Positions 1-11,031 of a stretch of DNA of 64,000 nt are shown piece by piece. The translations under genes were made by a program, and so were the position numbers. The DNA is from an uncultured delta proteobacterium. GTDB taxonomy: Bacteria > Desulfobacterota > BSN033 > UBA1163. Location: assembly GCA_963708295.1 (NCBI GenBank), contig CAVPSJ010000004.1, forward strand, positions 352,001 to 416,000. Reading direction: 5' to 3'. Positions within the stretch are counted from its first letter, which is position 1, and each line of letters begins with the position of its first letter. The notes beneath the pieces were generated by a model that searched no databases, had not been told where the DNA came from, and was given only the letters and a program-made list of their open reading frames with translations.

Positions 1-842
1 TCATGGGCCAGTACGGCGAGCATCTCTTCCTCGGTGTGAGAGGCCAAAAGGGTGTCAAAGAGAACAATCCGTTTTGTCCTCCCCACACCGATGAAGAAAG
101 CATTGGTATGCTTGCTTCGCTTGCTCGCATCCATCTTGAAGATTCCCTTAGCCCGGAGGCCGACTTTTTCCATCAATGCCCGGATCCGGTTCTCCAATCC
201 TGTGTTTTCAATCGGATCAAATTTGTTGAACAGAGGGAGAATGACCACCGGGTACAACCAGAGCAAAAGCAACTCAAACCCGCCGACCAAAATCCACGCC
301 CATACCCACCAGACGTTCCCTCCATAAAGGACCAGGACCAGGAGAAGGCCAAGAAGCAGCCCTCCCATGATGGCTCCAATCACGATGCTTTTAAACAGAT
401 CCGAAATCCACACCTTGAAACTCATGACGTTAAACCCGTAACGCTCCTCAATCACAAACGCCTCATAAAGGCTGAAAGGGATCCGAAGCAGATTGCTAAA
501 TATCGAGAGCGCAGCAAAGAAAATCAAACCACTCACAACCTGTCCGTATTCCCACAGGGTGATGGTCTTTGCCAACCAGGGCAAGAACCCGGAGAGCAAA
601 ATAACCAGGAAAAGTCCCTGGTTGGCGAGGGTGACAACCGTGCTGAAATTCTCAGAATCCACCGTATAAGCAGAAATTTTCCCCAGCCTCTCCGGGTCAA
701 TGCTATCCTGGAACATTTCCGGAACAGTTGTTCCGTGCTGGCGGAGGTAGGAAATATTAAGCCAGCTCAGATAGACCTGGATCCCGGACCGCAATAAAAA
801 CACGGCAAGAAAAATTTGAAGCAAAAGATTAAAATGAATCAT
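1..842 (-). CDS. M48 family Zn metallopeptidase (Ste24p/CAAX protease-like), 3' end runs off the window
   Basis: Manual translation from ATG 842: MIHFNLLLQIFLAVFLL...YEAFVIEERYGFNVM...KRIVLFDTLL...EEMLAVLAHE (start of HExxH at the window edge). Not in the ORF track because it has no stop in the window. Confidence 0.9.
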   Translation of the reverse strand, partial: MIHFNLLLQIFLAVFLLRSGIQVYLSWLNISYLRQHGTTVPEMFQDSIDPERLGKISAYTVDSENFSTVVTLANQGLFLVILLSGFLPWLAKTITLWEYGQVVSGLIFFAALSIFSNLLRIPFSLYEAFVIEERYGFNVMSFKVWISDLFKSIVIGAIMGGLLLGLLLVLVLYGGNVWWVWAWILVGGFELLLLWLYPVVILPLFNKFDPIENTGLENRIRALMEKVGLRAKGIFKMDASKRSKHTNAFFIGVGRTKRIVLFDTLLASHTEEEMLAVLAH

Positions 843-854
843 GAGACGGGGATG

Positions 855-1364
855 CTATTGACGCGATCTCTTCTTCTTCCCTCTCCGCTTGGAACGGGAG
901 GGACGGACGGGTTGCGTCACCCTGCCTGCACCCTTCTTTTCAACGAGGTTCCTGACCTCACGGCGGCCGAGTTTTCGAAGAGCCACTATCACGGCCTTCT
1001 TCTTCTCGCTTGGCTTAAACTGTCCGCTTTCCCACAGGTGTACTGCGCCAACGGTAACCCCCGTCAGAATGGCCAGCTCTTTCTGGGTGATGCCCAGATG
1101 CCCGCGAAGGCTTCGAATCAGGCGGGGAGAGAATCTCGACACCTTCACCTCTTCCGGGGCCGCCTCCAATGGCATCTCTCCCTTTTCCAGCTGTTTTTGC
1201 TGCTGGGCGGTGATCCGCTGAAGCGTTAAAACGGCTTTGCGAAGCTGCGAGACCGTACTCTTCAATGACCGGACATCCCGCCCCAGGGGAACAGATATTT
1301 TCCGCACTTCCCTTTTTGCCAAACGTACGATTTCAGATTTGATGATCCCTTCGAACTTGCCCAT
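855..1364 (-). CDS. XRE-family helix-turn-helix protein with N-terminal coiled coil
   Basis: IRSLRGHLGITQKELAILTGVTVGAVHLWESG is an HTH_3-like motif; RBS AGGAGGAGG upstream. Confidence 0.8.
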   Translation of the reverse strand: MGKFEGIIKSEIVRLAKREVRKISVPLGRDVRSLKSTVSQLRKAVLTLQRITAQQQKQLEKGEMPLEAAPEEVKVSRFSPRLIRSLRGHLGITQKELAILTGVTVGAVHLWESGQFKPSEKKKAVIVALRKLGRREVRNLVEKKGAGRVTQPVRPSRSKRRGKKKRSRQ

Positions 1365-1397
1365 AGGTCCCTCCTCCTAAGATGAATTAAACTCTGA

Positions 1398-1522
1398 CAG
1401 GCTTCTGAAAAATGCCCATCTGCTGCGTTTCCCTCATCCTTCGTCCTTGCGGAGTACGTCAAAGTACGCCTCACTCCTCAGGATATCGGGTGCCTTGCAT
1501 CTAGACATTTTTGAGCAGCCTG
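1398..1522. repeat. ~125-bp MITE/REP-like palindromic element
   Basis: Imperfect terminal inverted repeats CAGGCTTCTGAAAAATG ... CATTTTTGAGCAGCCTG with further internal symmetry; intergenic. Confidence 0.65.
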
Positions 1523-1804
1523 GAAAATGTTACTTCTTCACCAACCTTCCAAATCCCAAGTCACAAATAAAGGGCTTTAAAACCTAAACCCTAAAACCCA
1601 AAACCGGGATCCCGAAAGAAGTTCGGGATGACCAAGAGACTAGAACCGAATCGGGATGTCATGTTGAGCTTGTTTCAGCATCTGATTTATTTTTTCTGCT
1701 TCCAGAAAACGTACGTTTGACCTCCATCCATCCCGTCAAGAGGGGATAGACATCACGGGTTTTCAGATGCGGTCTAAATAAAACACGATTTTACGTTGAT
1801 GCGG

Positions 1805-3190
1805 TCAGTCAAATATTTTGCCCGGGTTCATGATTCCATTGGGGTCGAGGAGCTTTTTGATCTGTTTCATCAACAGGAGGCTCTCGCCGTGCTCTTTCTG
1901 CATGAACTTCTTCTTTCCGATCCCAATGCCATGCTCTCCGGTCGCTGTTCCGCCGCATTCCAGGGCGAAATAGACAATTTCCTCCTCTGCTTCCCCAACC
2001 TTCTGCCATTGTGCCTTTTCCTCGGGAATCCCCATGATCTCCATATGGAGGTTGCCGCTTCCCGCATGGCCAAAGGCATATCCCTTTAAACCCTTCTTTT
2101 CAATCGTCTTCTGACCCCATTCCACCATATCCGAATATTTCGAGATGGGTACAGCCGTATCGATCACCAGAGGGTGAAAACCAGGATTGTTTGCCTTGAT
2201 GGATTCGCGGACTCCATACCGCGCCTCCCAGAGGCGGTTTCGTTCTTCCCTCCCAATTCCTGAATCGAACTGAAGGGATTGGTGCTCGCCGCAAATCCCT
2301 TTCACGATCTCCAGCTCTTCTTTCAATCCCGCTGCGCTTGCGCCGTGAAACTCGATGAAAAGAGTGGGTCTTTCTTCCAGGGAGAGTTTTTTGAACTGGT
2401 TAACGACCCTGACCGTCGGACCATCCAGGAATTCCAGAGCTGCGGGATACAGGCCCGATCGCATAATCTGAACAACCGTATCGGTGGCATCACGAATGCG
2501 GCTGAATTGCACGACAGCAGCCATGAATTCCGCCGGGAGACCAATCAAGCGAAGGGTGACCTCAGAGACGACACCCAGTGTCCCTTCCGACCCAACAAAG
2601 AGACGGCAAAGATCGTAGCCCGATGAGCTTTTGATCGCATTCGTTCCAACCCGGATCACCTCCCCGGAAGGCAAAATGATCACCATGCTGAGGACATAAT
2701 CTTTCGTAGCCCCGTACTTAACCGTCCTGACCCCGCTGGCATTATTTCCCACCATCCCCCCAAGGGTAGCCGCGGCTCCGGGGTCCGGCGGGAAGAATAA
2801 GCCAAAACGGGAAAGGGATTGATTCAACTCTTTATAAATGACTCCTGCTTCCACACGGACCTGAAGATCGTCTGTCCTCAATTCCAAGATGTGGTTCATT
2901 TGCTGAAGATTCAAAACGATCCCCCCCTCTGACGGGATGGGATTGCCTTCGAGACTCGTCCCGGCTCCCCAGGGAGTAACGGGAATCCGTTTCTCATTGG
3001 CCATTTTGAGAATCTGGCTGATCTCCTCTGTGCGGAGCGGCCAAACGACCACGTCGGGTTTTCGCCTCTGATGAAAAGATTCATCCTTACTGTGGAGTTC
3101 GAGAACGGATTCACCCGCGGACACCCTCTCCGAACCAACGAGAGACTGGATGAACTCTATTTCTTTGTGCGTCACCTTCGTGTATTTCAC
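1805..3190 (-). CDS. FAD-linked oxidase, GlcD/D-lactate dehydrogenase family
   Basis: FAD-binding PCMH motifs GAGTSLEG, PPDPG, GSEGTLG; C-terminal GHAGSGNLH, GEHGIG, DPNGIMNPGK. Confidence 0.9.
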   Translation of the reverse strand: MKYTKVTHKEIEFIQSLVGSERVSAGESVLELHSKDESFHQRRKPDVVVWPLRTEEISQILKMANEKRIPVTPWGAGTSLEGNPIPSEGGIVLNLQQMNHILELRTDDLQVRVEAGVIYKELNQSLSRFGLFFPPDPGAAATLGGMVGNNASGVRTVKYGATKDYVLSMVIILPSGEVIRVGTNAIKSSSGYDLCRLFVGSEGTLGVVSEVTLRLIGLPAEFMAAVVQFSRIRDATDTVVQIMRSGLYPAALEFLDGPTVRVVNQFKKLSLEERPTLFIEFHGASAAGLKEELEIVKGICGEHQSLQFDSGIGREERNRLWEARYGVRESIKANNPGFHPLVIDTAVPISKYSDMVEWGQKTIEKKGLKGYAFGHAGSGNLHMEIMGIPEEKAQWQKVGEAEEEIVYFALECGGTATGEHGIGIGKKKFMQKEHGESLLLMKQIKKLLDPNGIMNPGKIFD

Positions 3191-3253
3191 TGATCACCCC
3201 ATCCGCCCCAGCGGGGAGAGAGGACAGGTCAAGGGTATTCCATTCAAAGAGTA

Positions 3254-4768
3254 TTAGGTGGGGGAAAATAACTTTTTCTCCATGGTGGAAATCAATGCCC
3301 TTGCCTTCTCGATCCCCTTTCGCTTATGGATGAGCCAATTCTTGTCGGCCTGAACCCTCTTCTGAAGGGATGCGATATTTTCTTTTACCCTTCTTTCTGA
3401 AGGCGCCCCCACCGATAGAGCCTGTGCCAATATTCTCTCCGGGTTCTGCATTTTCTCAACATCTTTTTCTCTAATCAAAATATCAACCTTCATCTCCGCC
3501 AGGGCCTTCTTTAAGCTCTGATAGGAGACCTTTCCTCTCCCTTCTTTCTCTGAATATTTCACGGCTTTCTCCATCACCATCTTTGCCTTCCGCATGGGAA
3601 GAGATCCGTGACGGACCAACCCCTCCATCAAGGCGGTCGCTCCGAGAAACTCCTCCTGAGCTTGCTCGGACATCTGGGCCTGATTGACCTGGAGGAGCCG
3701 AAGGACATCGGTCATGACGGATAGGGCAGGTTTCGATTCGTCGACCAAGTCCATGATCCAATACTTTGTCCACTGCGTATCCCGGTTATACCCGATAAAG
3801 AGAGCCTTGCCGACAGAGAGAAGGCTGACGACCATGCCATGGACGAAGGACGTCTTTGCCTTGATCACTTCCAAGGAACAGGGGTTTCGTTTCTGAGGCA
3901 TGATCGAGCTGCCTGAGCAATGGCGATCATTCAATCGCACCATATTGAATTCACGAGTCGATAAAAGGATCAGAGTCTGGGCCATGGTAGAGAGATGATC
4001 CATCATCATGGCCGCATCATAGGCGAGCTCTGCCTCAGGTTCCCATCGCTGGGTGATGGGATCGGTCACATTTTCTGTCGGCCCGTCAAACCCCAAGAGC
4101 CTTGACGTCAGCCGCCGGTCCAGATTGAAAGTAGTCCCGTACCCGGCTGCTGCGCCAAGAGGGTTCTTGTTGAAGAGATCAAACCAGTGCGTAAATCTCT
4201 GGACATCCCGCTCGAGGGCTTCGGCAAAAGAAAGGAGGAGGTGACCGAAGGTGGTGGGTACGGCATGCTGGTGGTGGGTATAGCCCGGCATGACCGTCGA
4301 ACGATGTTCCTCAGCCTTTTGGAGAAGTGTCACGATGAGAAAGATTAATCCTTCAACAAACTCCAAAACCTGATCCCTAAGATAAAGACGCATGTCGAGG
4401 ACAATCTGGTCATTCCGACTTCGACCCGTATGGACTTTTCCTCCGGATTCGATTCCTACTCGTTCAATGAGGTAACTCTCAATGTTCGAGTGGACGTCTT
4501 CCTTCGATGCATCCAATCGAAATCTCCCTTTTGGGTGGAGTTTTTCTATTTCCTTTAATCCCTTCAGGATCCTTTTCCCATCCCGTTTCGACAGGATGCC
4601 CTGACGGCAGAGCATGAGAATATGAGCGCGGTCTCCCCAAAGATCATAAGGGATCAGCCGTTCATCGCACGGAGGAATCCCTCTGACATCTCTCCCCGAA
4701 AGAAATTCGACCATTTCCCGGGAGGGCAGGTCTTCAAACCGACCTCCCCATAACTTTTCAATCTTCAT
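3254..4768 (-). CDS. argH: argininosuccinate lyase
   Basis: KLWGGRF N-terminus, HTGRSRNDQ, PGYTH, SGSSIMPQKRNP fumarate-lyase signature; adjacent to argG. Confidence 0.95.
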   Translation of the reverse strand: MKIEKLWGGRFEDLPSREMVEFLSGRDVRGIPPCDERLIPYDLWGDRAHILMLCRQGILSKRDGKRILKGLKEIEKLHPKGRFRLDASKEDVHSNIESYLIERVGIESGGKVHTGRSRNDQIVLDMRLYLRDQVLEFVEGLIFLIVTLLQKAEEHRSTVMPGYTHHQHAVPTTFGHLLLSFAEALERDVQRFTHWFDLFNKNPLGAAAGYGTTFNLDRRLTSRLLGFDGPTENVTDPITQRWEPEAELAYDAAMMMDHLSTMAQTLILLSTREFNMVRLNDRHCSGSSIMPQKRNPCSLEVIKAKTSFVHGMVVSLLSVGKALFIGYNRDTQWTKYWIMDLVDESKPALSVMTDVLRLLQVNQAQMSEQAQEEFLGATALMEGLVRHGSLPMRKAKMVMEKAVKYSEKEGRGKVSYQSLKKALAEMKVDILIREKDVEKMQNPERILAQALSVGAPSERRVKENIASLQKRVQADKNWLIHKRKGIEKARALISTMEKKLFSPT

Positions 4769-5022
4769 CGCCTATCCCCTAATCCATCAGAATTAGAAAT
4801 GGACCGTCATTAATATTTCCGAACCTTTCCAGATTCCGAATTACAATTTCCAAATCCCAAATAAATCCAAGCTCCAATTTCCAATGACTGCCCCTCACCC
4901 TCCCCTCTCTCCGGCCGGGGAGAGGGTGAGGGGGAAACGCGCTTTGGATTTTGTGCTTACCCCAAATATGCACAAGTACAGTAAACAATGTCTCGATATA
5001 AACCAATCTAACTCATAAGATC

Positions 5023-6262
5023 CTACTTCATTCTCCGCTTGGCTAAAATCTCGAAGGGGAGCCCCCGGATAAAAGCGGCATCCGCGCAGCGCCTCTGGTC
5101 AAAACCCGTGGCTTTAATCGAACGGATCTCCGGCGAGAAGAGACTCGTTTTCGATTCTCGCTGGACGATCTCGATATTTCCTTTGTAGAGTTTGACTTTG
5201 TATTTCCCGCTGACCACTTTCTGAGATGTCTGGATAAAGGCCTCCAGATCATATCTCAGAGGATGGTAGGCCATCCCATGATAAATCAAATAGGCCCACT
5301 TCTGATCGATCTCTTTCTTAAACTGGACCTCGTCCTTGGTCAGGCAGAACTGCTCCAGGTCTCTGTGGAGCTTGAGAATGATCGTCGCCGCAGGCGCTTC
5401 ATAGATCTCCCTGCTCTTGAGATCCATGATCCCGTCCTCAAACATATCGATCCTTCCGATGGAGTGCGCTCCTCCGAGAGTGTTCAGCTCGGGGATCATC
5501 TCCCCCAGGGGCTTTTTTCTTCCATTCAGACTGACCGGGATGCCGTTCTCAAACCCCAACGTGAATAAGGCGGCTCGTTCGGGGGCTTTCTCCGGCGGCT
5601 GATACCACATCCAGATATTATCGGGGAGGGGCTGATTCAAGTCGATTGCCCCACTGGCGATCGAACGGCACCACATCGTCTTGTCATCGCCCCCGGTAAC
5701 GATCTCGGTTACCGGAACACCCCATGCCTTGCACAGTTCCTCTTCTTCCAGCCGGGTCAGATCGAAATCCCGCACCGGGACGAGTATCTTCAATTTTGGC
5801 GCAAACAGTTTGAAGACATTGTGCATGCGGTATTGATCATTCCCTTTTCCGCTCGACCCCTCGAGAATAGCATCACACCCATGGGCCAGAGCAATTTCTG
5901 CAACCTTCTTCGCCACAACCTGCCTCGTCATGGAAGTAGAAACAGGGTAACCCAGGTAGTCGGAATTCGCCTGAATGGCCCGTGCGATCCAGTACCTCTG
6001 TGAACTCTTTTCGGAGGTCAAAGAAGAGAGGCTTGATTTTCAGGGCTCTTGCTTTCCTTTTCCCCTCTAACACTTCTTCTTCTCCCTGGCCGACATCAAT
6101 CGTGATGGGAAGAATCTTTTTCGCCTTATACTTTCTTCTGAGCAATTCGATGGCGAGTGAAGAATCCAAGCCTCCAGAGTAGGCGACAGCAACTTTGTCG
6201 ACTCTTGGGGTTTCGGTTTTTTGAATTTTTTTCAATATCTTCCGCATGTCCATAAGACGCAT
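5023..6262 (-). CDS. argG: argininosuccinate synthase (one frameshift near 5995)
   Basis: VAVAYSGGLDSS in the upstream frame; GKGNDQYR, KSREIYEAPA in the downstream frame; RBS AAGGAGG before ATG 6262. Confidence 0.9.
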
Positions 6263-6445
6263 ACCTCCTTGGAATTTAGTTAGGGATGTTAGCATAAATC
6301 GGCCGTTTAAACAATGTTTTAAACTATAGTCTCCCGACGAGATTGCGGATGGGGCGGGAAGTGAGAGAAGGATTGAGAAACGGATGTGAAGATAGCTCTG
6401 AAGGGTTCTGAAATGGTTTTGTCTCTGCAGAGAGCAGAAGAAAGC

Positions 6446-6469
6446 GGGGTCGCGGTCAACCGCGGCCCC
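6446..6469. terminator. intrinsic terminator-like hairpin downstream of the porin gene
   Basis: GGGGTCGCGG-TCAA-CCGCGGCCCC stem with T-rich flanks on both strands. Confidence 0.55.
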
Positions 6470-6520
6470 ATTTTCTTCAACACACACGAAGAAAGGACTC
6501 GAAAGGGAGATGAACCTTAA

Positions 6521-8643
6521 TTAAAACTTGTAGGTCACACCTCCAAATACCAAATGAGCCTTATAGGACTGGTCTTTATAAGCCCCGGTCAGATAGCCAG
6601 CGTTTCCGCCCGTAACAGGGCCACCGGCGGGATTGACAAACAGGTAGTTGTCCAACTGGACATCATTATACTTAAATCTTTCATAGACATAGCCTGCCGA
6701 TACGATAACGGATTTTGTGAAATGATAAGCTGCCTTGAATTTGAAAGGCATATTTCGTATAGTCATCCAAGTTGGTGATATCAATATTATCATTGTTCGC
6801 TCCGGATGCAGGACCAAGTCCAGTTCCAGCAACAAACAATGAAGGATCAAGGGTAAAGTCAACGTTTCCATTCGATTTCACATAGTCAAATTGGAACATG
6901 AATGTCAGCTTCTGAGGGATCGCATAGATTTCAGTCCCGATGCCATACCCGTAGGTTCTTTCCTTCTGATCCTCACTAAAAGCACCAAGGGGAGACGAAT
7001 TTTGCACGTCCTGAATGAACTTAATCCATTCGAGAGTTAAAAAATCCATACAACTTTGCGATCTTTCCTATCAGGTAGTCTGCACTTGTTTCAAATTCGT
7101 GCCTCTTATCCTTCTTGAGCCCAAAAATTTCGTCGTAATCTGTTCTTTTGTACAGGTACCCAAAACCGAGATTGAGGTTCTCTATCGGGTATAAATCAAC
7201 CGATGTCCTGAAGGTATCACGATCGAACGATGCGTAGGCAGATCTCCTGTTAAACGGGACAAAGGAGTCGGTGAAATCCGCACTTTCTATCCAATCTTTC
7301 GTATCCTGCCTTGAAAGCCATAAAATCGAGTCCGGTCCACCTTAAATCGGCCGAATAGATATTGTCCTTCGTATCCGGTGGGATTTACTCTGCTTCTGTC
7401 GCATCGGTGATCTCAGTGGGTTCTACCCCTTTTAGTCTTTCTATCTGTCTTGATATATTTATAGCCACCGCTGAGATACAGATTTGCAGGAAGTTTTAAT
7501 CCGAGGTCTATCCCGGCTGCGTTCTTTTTGTAATCAAAAGGCTTGTTGAACTCGATTGTCCCTACGGTTGCTGATCCTGGAATATCACATCGTTTTTGTT
7601 CTCTCGTTTGTAAAAGCTGTAAAAGATCTTACCGTCGAGAAAACGCAGAGGATTCGAAGTTAAGACAAAGGAATAGTTTTGGGTGTTGATTTTCCCATCA
7701 AAGTCTGATTTGCTCAGGGTGATGGGGTTAATCGCCCCGGTATCGACAAACGAGTTCAAGAGGTCTGCATCCGATCTTGCACTCGAATATCCAGCGTTAA
7801 CATTAAATTTACTGTTCAGGGGGAGTTTCACAGCGCCTTTAAAATAGCCTTTATAATATCTGTTATCAGGAGGAAGGGTGAGTGTATCCATCGGGAAGGG
7901 GGTGACCGGATGGGTGAAATTCAGCTTGTCATTGTTGTCATTAAAGTCGCTGTAAATGAACCCCACGGACAAGAAGAGAGGATTCTTGGCATATCCCCCT
8001 TCAACCTTCAGGTTGTTCGTCGTGTAATCAACCGGTTCAGGAAGCTCAAGAACAATGCCACCGGGGCTTCCCGGCGCTATCCCTGCCGGCTTTATCCCAT
8101 CCCTGTCCTCCCTTTGGAATGAGACATCGAAAAAGAAGGGCTTAATCAAGTGCAGCTTTAAAGCCTCCTCCATATTGTCGTCTCTCGATGGAATAGTCAA
8201 ACGTATTCCAAGTGCTAAAATTTGTATTTGGGGTACCAATCAGGGTATGGTGGCCTGCTCCCGAAGAGAAAGGTTCTGGCATCAAAGGTAAGGTTATGAG
8301 GGATTTCATCGTAAAATAGGTCAAACTTGAATTTTCCCCACATGCCCCCGTCGAGCCTGTAACTCTGGGTATCATAACCCATGTCGCTTGCCCTGAACTT
8401 CAGGAAGTATTTTTCCGAATCCAATCTCAGGCTCGACCTTTCCGAAAACGCTGACGCCTTGCTCGAGATCTCTGTATTCGGTAAATTTTGCTCTACCTCC
8501 TTCTCCTCCCTGTCACGCCGGCATAAACTCCTTTGACACCAACTTCACCTTCAAGCTGAACCTCCTCGGAAAAGGCATTGGAAAACGCGCATGAGGCCTA
8601 TCATCAACAAAGATATGAAAACATGGATCATCCTTGATTTCAT
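6521..8643 (-). CDS. MtrB/PioB-family decaheme-associated outer-membrane beta-barrel (multiple frameshifts)
   Basis: Fragments in several frames: KFTEYRDL-like N-terminus, ELPEPVDYTT, TLPPDNRYY, C-terminal GVTYKF (terminal Phe). Lies immediately downstream of the decaheme cytochrome; RBS AGGAGG before ATG 8643. Confidence 0.8.
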
Positions 8644-8656
8644 GATTTCACACCTC

Positions 8657-9642
8657 CTATCGTAAGAAAGCTTCTCCTCTTTCACCAGGACCGTTGCTTC
8701 CATGAATATTTGTATGGCAGTTCAGACATGAGCGCGCGAAAAACTTGTTTTTGTTAGCCGTAGCAGAACCTGTGAAATGAATGGAGATTAGTGTATGGCC
8801 TTCTGGGATGACTTCCTTGCACGCTATGGCAATTCTGACAAAGGAGAGGTACCCTACTTGTTAGAAGCTTCCCATGGTTGCTCCCATGGGCCTCATGGCA
8901 GATCAAGCAGCTCTCATCCACCGGGGGATGCTGCCACATAAAAGGCCCTCTTTTTTCGGCGTGGCATTTGTAACAAAGGTCGTTGACAGAATCAGCCTTT
9001 ATCATCTTATCCGTGCCGGACCTGCGGGAACCGCTAAAACTGACTACAGGCTCGGTGCTAAAACTGCCCATCGTATCGTGGCAGCTGGAGCACTTGAGCG
9101 CCTGTCTTCCGACAAACGCTTCCTTTATCGGATGATGGGACTGTTTATTTACCTGAGCCCTGATATTCCGATGACAGTTGAAGCAAAGGTCCGGCTCGGA
9201 GGCCACCAACAGCTTTTCCACTCCCTTGTGGATGGAATGGCAGCTATCACAAGAATTGCCCGCAAACTTGTGCCGGTTCATATTCCAGAATGCCAAAACC
9301 TTCGATTCTTCGTGGCAGGCCATGCATTTTGCAGACTTTTCCTGTGGGTCTCATTCTTTCTGCCAAAGGCAATAGATGGCAACGCCTCTGCCTCCGCCTT
9401 TTTCAACGTGCTGAGCACCGGGACCATGACAGGATTCACACCCTTCCCTATTCGCGGGATTCCCGGGAACTGCCTTTCTTGCCATGAACGGATTTGACAA
9501 ACTTGTTGTAATAGGCCTCATGGCAATCCTTGCAGGCTTCAGAGCCGGCATACTCTGAATCCCCTCTTACAATGTTCCAAGTCATGAGGATGAGTGAAAA
9601 AGTGACTCCCATAAACAAAAGAACAAAGGTTCCCTTCTTCAT
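8657..9642 (-). CDS. periplasmic decaheme c-type cytochrome, DmsE/MtrA/PioA family (frameshifted)
   Basis: Signal peptide plus 10 CxxCH across the frames: CKDCH, CESCH, CMACH, CDSCH, CFNCH, CSSCH, CYKCH, CLICH, CQNCH, CLNCH. Family motifs HAEKRGPF and HGSN; ends ...GEAFLR-stop at 8657. Confidence 0.9.
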
Positions 9643-9937
9643 AATATGTTCACCTCCTGTTTTTTTGTTCTAACAGAAATCTCACCTTTATCGTCGTCTG
9701 CCTACAAATCCGCCCTTTCCATTGATTAGAGATAGAGTCGGTGAAGCGAAATAGGATTTCTCTCCTAAATTCCAGCTTCAGGCCACGTACGAATGGAGAG
9801 CTTGCGATTTCTGGCTGAAACAAATTTCTCTGTAAAATAGATCGAGCGAAGAGGGAAAGTGAATGGGGTGAGTACTGTATTTTAATGGAAAAAAGACTGT
9901 ATATTTGGAAAGGCTGGCACGACAGGCTTATTCTGAA

Positions 9938-10952
9938 TCAATCCTTGAGGGTCCAACAATGGGGGTCTTCTCCAAACAAATCGCCCGTCAAAGAAAAAGC
10001 TAAGCTTCGGCATCCGCGGCATTCTCTCATCTCGCAAGTTCCACATTTTCCCTTGAGGTTCTTCTTTTTTCTCAGCTTCTCCAATAGGTCTGATTCTTCC
10101 CATATCTGTTTCAAGGGAGTTTCCAGAAGATTCCCTATTGAAATGGGAAGCCTTCGGCAAGGAAAAACGTTTCCCTCCGGCATGATGCAAAGACCGTCCA
10201 CTCCGATGACACAGGGAGCCCCCAATAGTTCGGGCTCCTCTCCAGAAAAACTGATCTGAAAGGCTTGATAGGGGAGGACCGAATGATCTTCCCCTTCGAT
10301 TGAGAAAAAACGGGTGAGCATTCCTATCATTTCGCTTCCATTCTTCCTTGTGGAGGACCTCGTTCATGACTCCTTTTCCCTTGCCCAAAGGGATGAACCG
10401 TTCGATGATCAATCCGTTGATGCCGCTGTCCTGGCACAGTTTAAACAGGGAGGGAAGGTTTCTTAAATTCTTTTTCATCACCGTAAACATCACGATGATT
10501 TCAAATCGCTTCTCCTTTCTTGCCAATGAAATATTCTGCATGACCTTCTCAAAAACCCCTTTTGAGCGAATGGCATCATTCGTCTCTGCGTCGGCTCCGT
10601 CCAGAGAGATCTTTATCTTCTTCAATTTTGAAAAATCGGATAATCTTCTCATCTTCTCTCGATCCACGAGAAGACCGTTGGTAATGATTCCCAATTCTTC
10701 GACGACGGATTGCTGGTCCAGATGATCCAGGAGGGGAAGTAGCTCAGGTTTTAATAAAGGCTCGCCGCCAGTGACATGGATACAGGCTTTTTGATCCCAT
10801 TCCTTAATCGTATTGAGGAGGTTATCAGATACTTTCCTCAGTCCCGACCAATCCAGATCTCTCTTCGTCGAAAAATCGTCTTGATAGCAGTGCTCGCAAT
10901 GAAGATTGCAGAGGTTGGTAATATGCCATTGGAAATGGAACGGATCTTTCAT
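9938..10952 (-). CDS. radical SAM/SPASM domain protein (frameshift near 10335)
   Basis: FQWHITNLCNLHCEHC (Cx3Cx2C), TGGEPLL; SPASM Cys pattern in the second frame (APC...GNVFPC...CGTC...CRGCR...DPHC). Confidence 0.85.
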
Positions 10953-11031
10953 CGAACCCGGTAAACAGGTAAAAGAGGTGATGGAAATATTTTAAAATTA
11001 TTTTAGGAGGAAAGCCAGACGGCTCTCGGCC

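Noticed and set aside
3-797. 264-aa plus-strand ORF
   Set aside because: Antisense shadow of the minus-strand M48 peptidase.
5980-6010. Programmed frameshifting or pseudogene status for argG (likewise cusA, nrdD, CPA2, GGDEF, rSAM/SPASM)
   Set aside because: Single indels are scattered through many unrelated and probably needed genes without evident slippery-site signals; assembly error is the simpler explanation.
9938-9940. Other TGA stops as possible Sec codons (rSAM genes, sulfur carrier, zinc-ribbon protein)
   Set aside because: They fall at natural C-termini, not at conserved Cys positions, and I saw no family motifs downstream.
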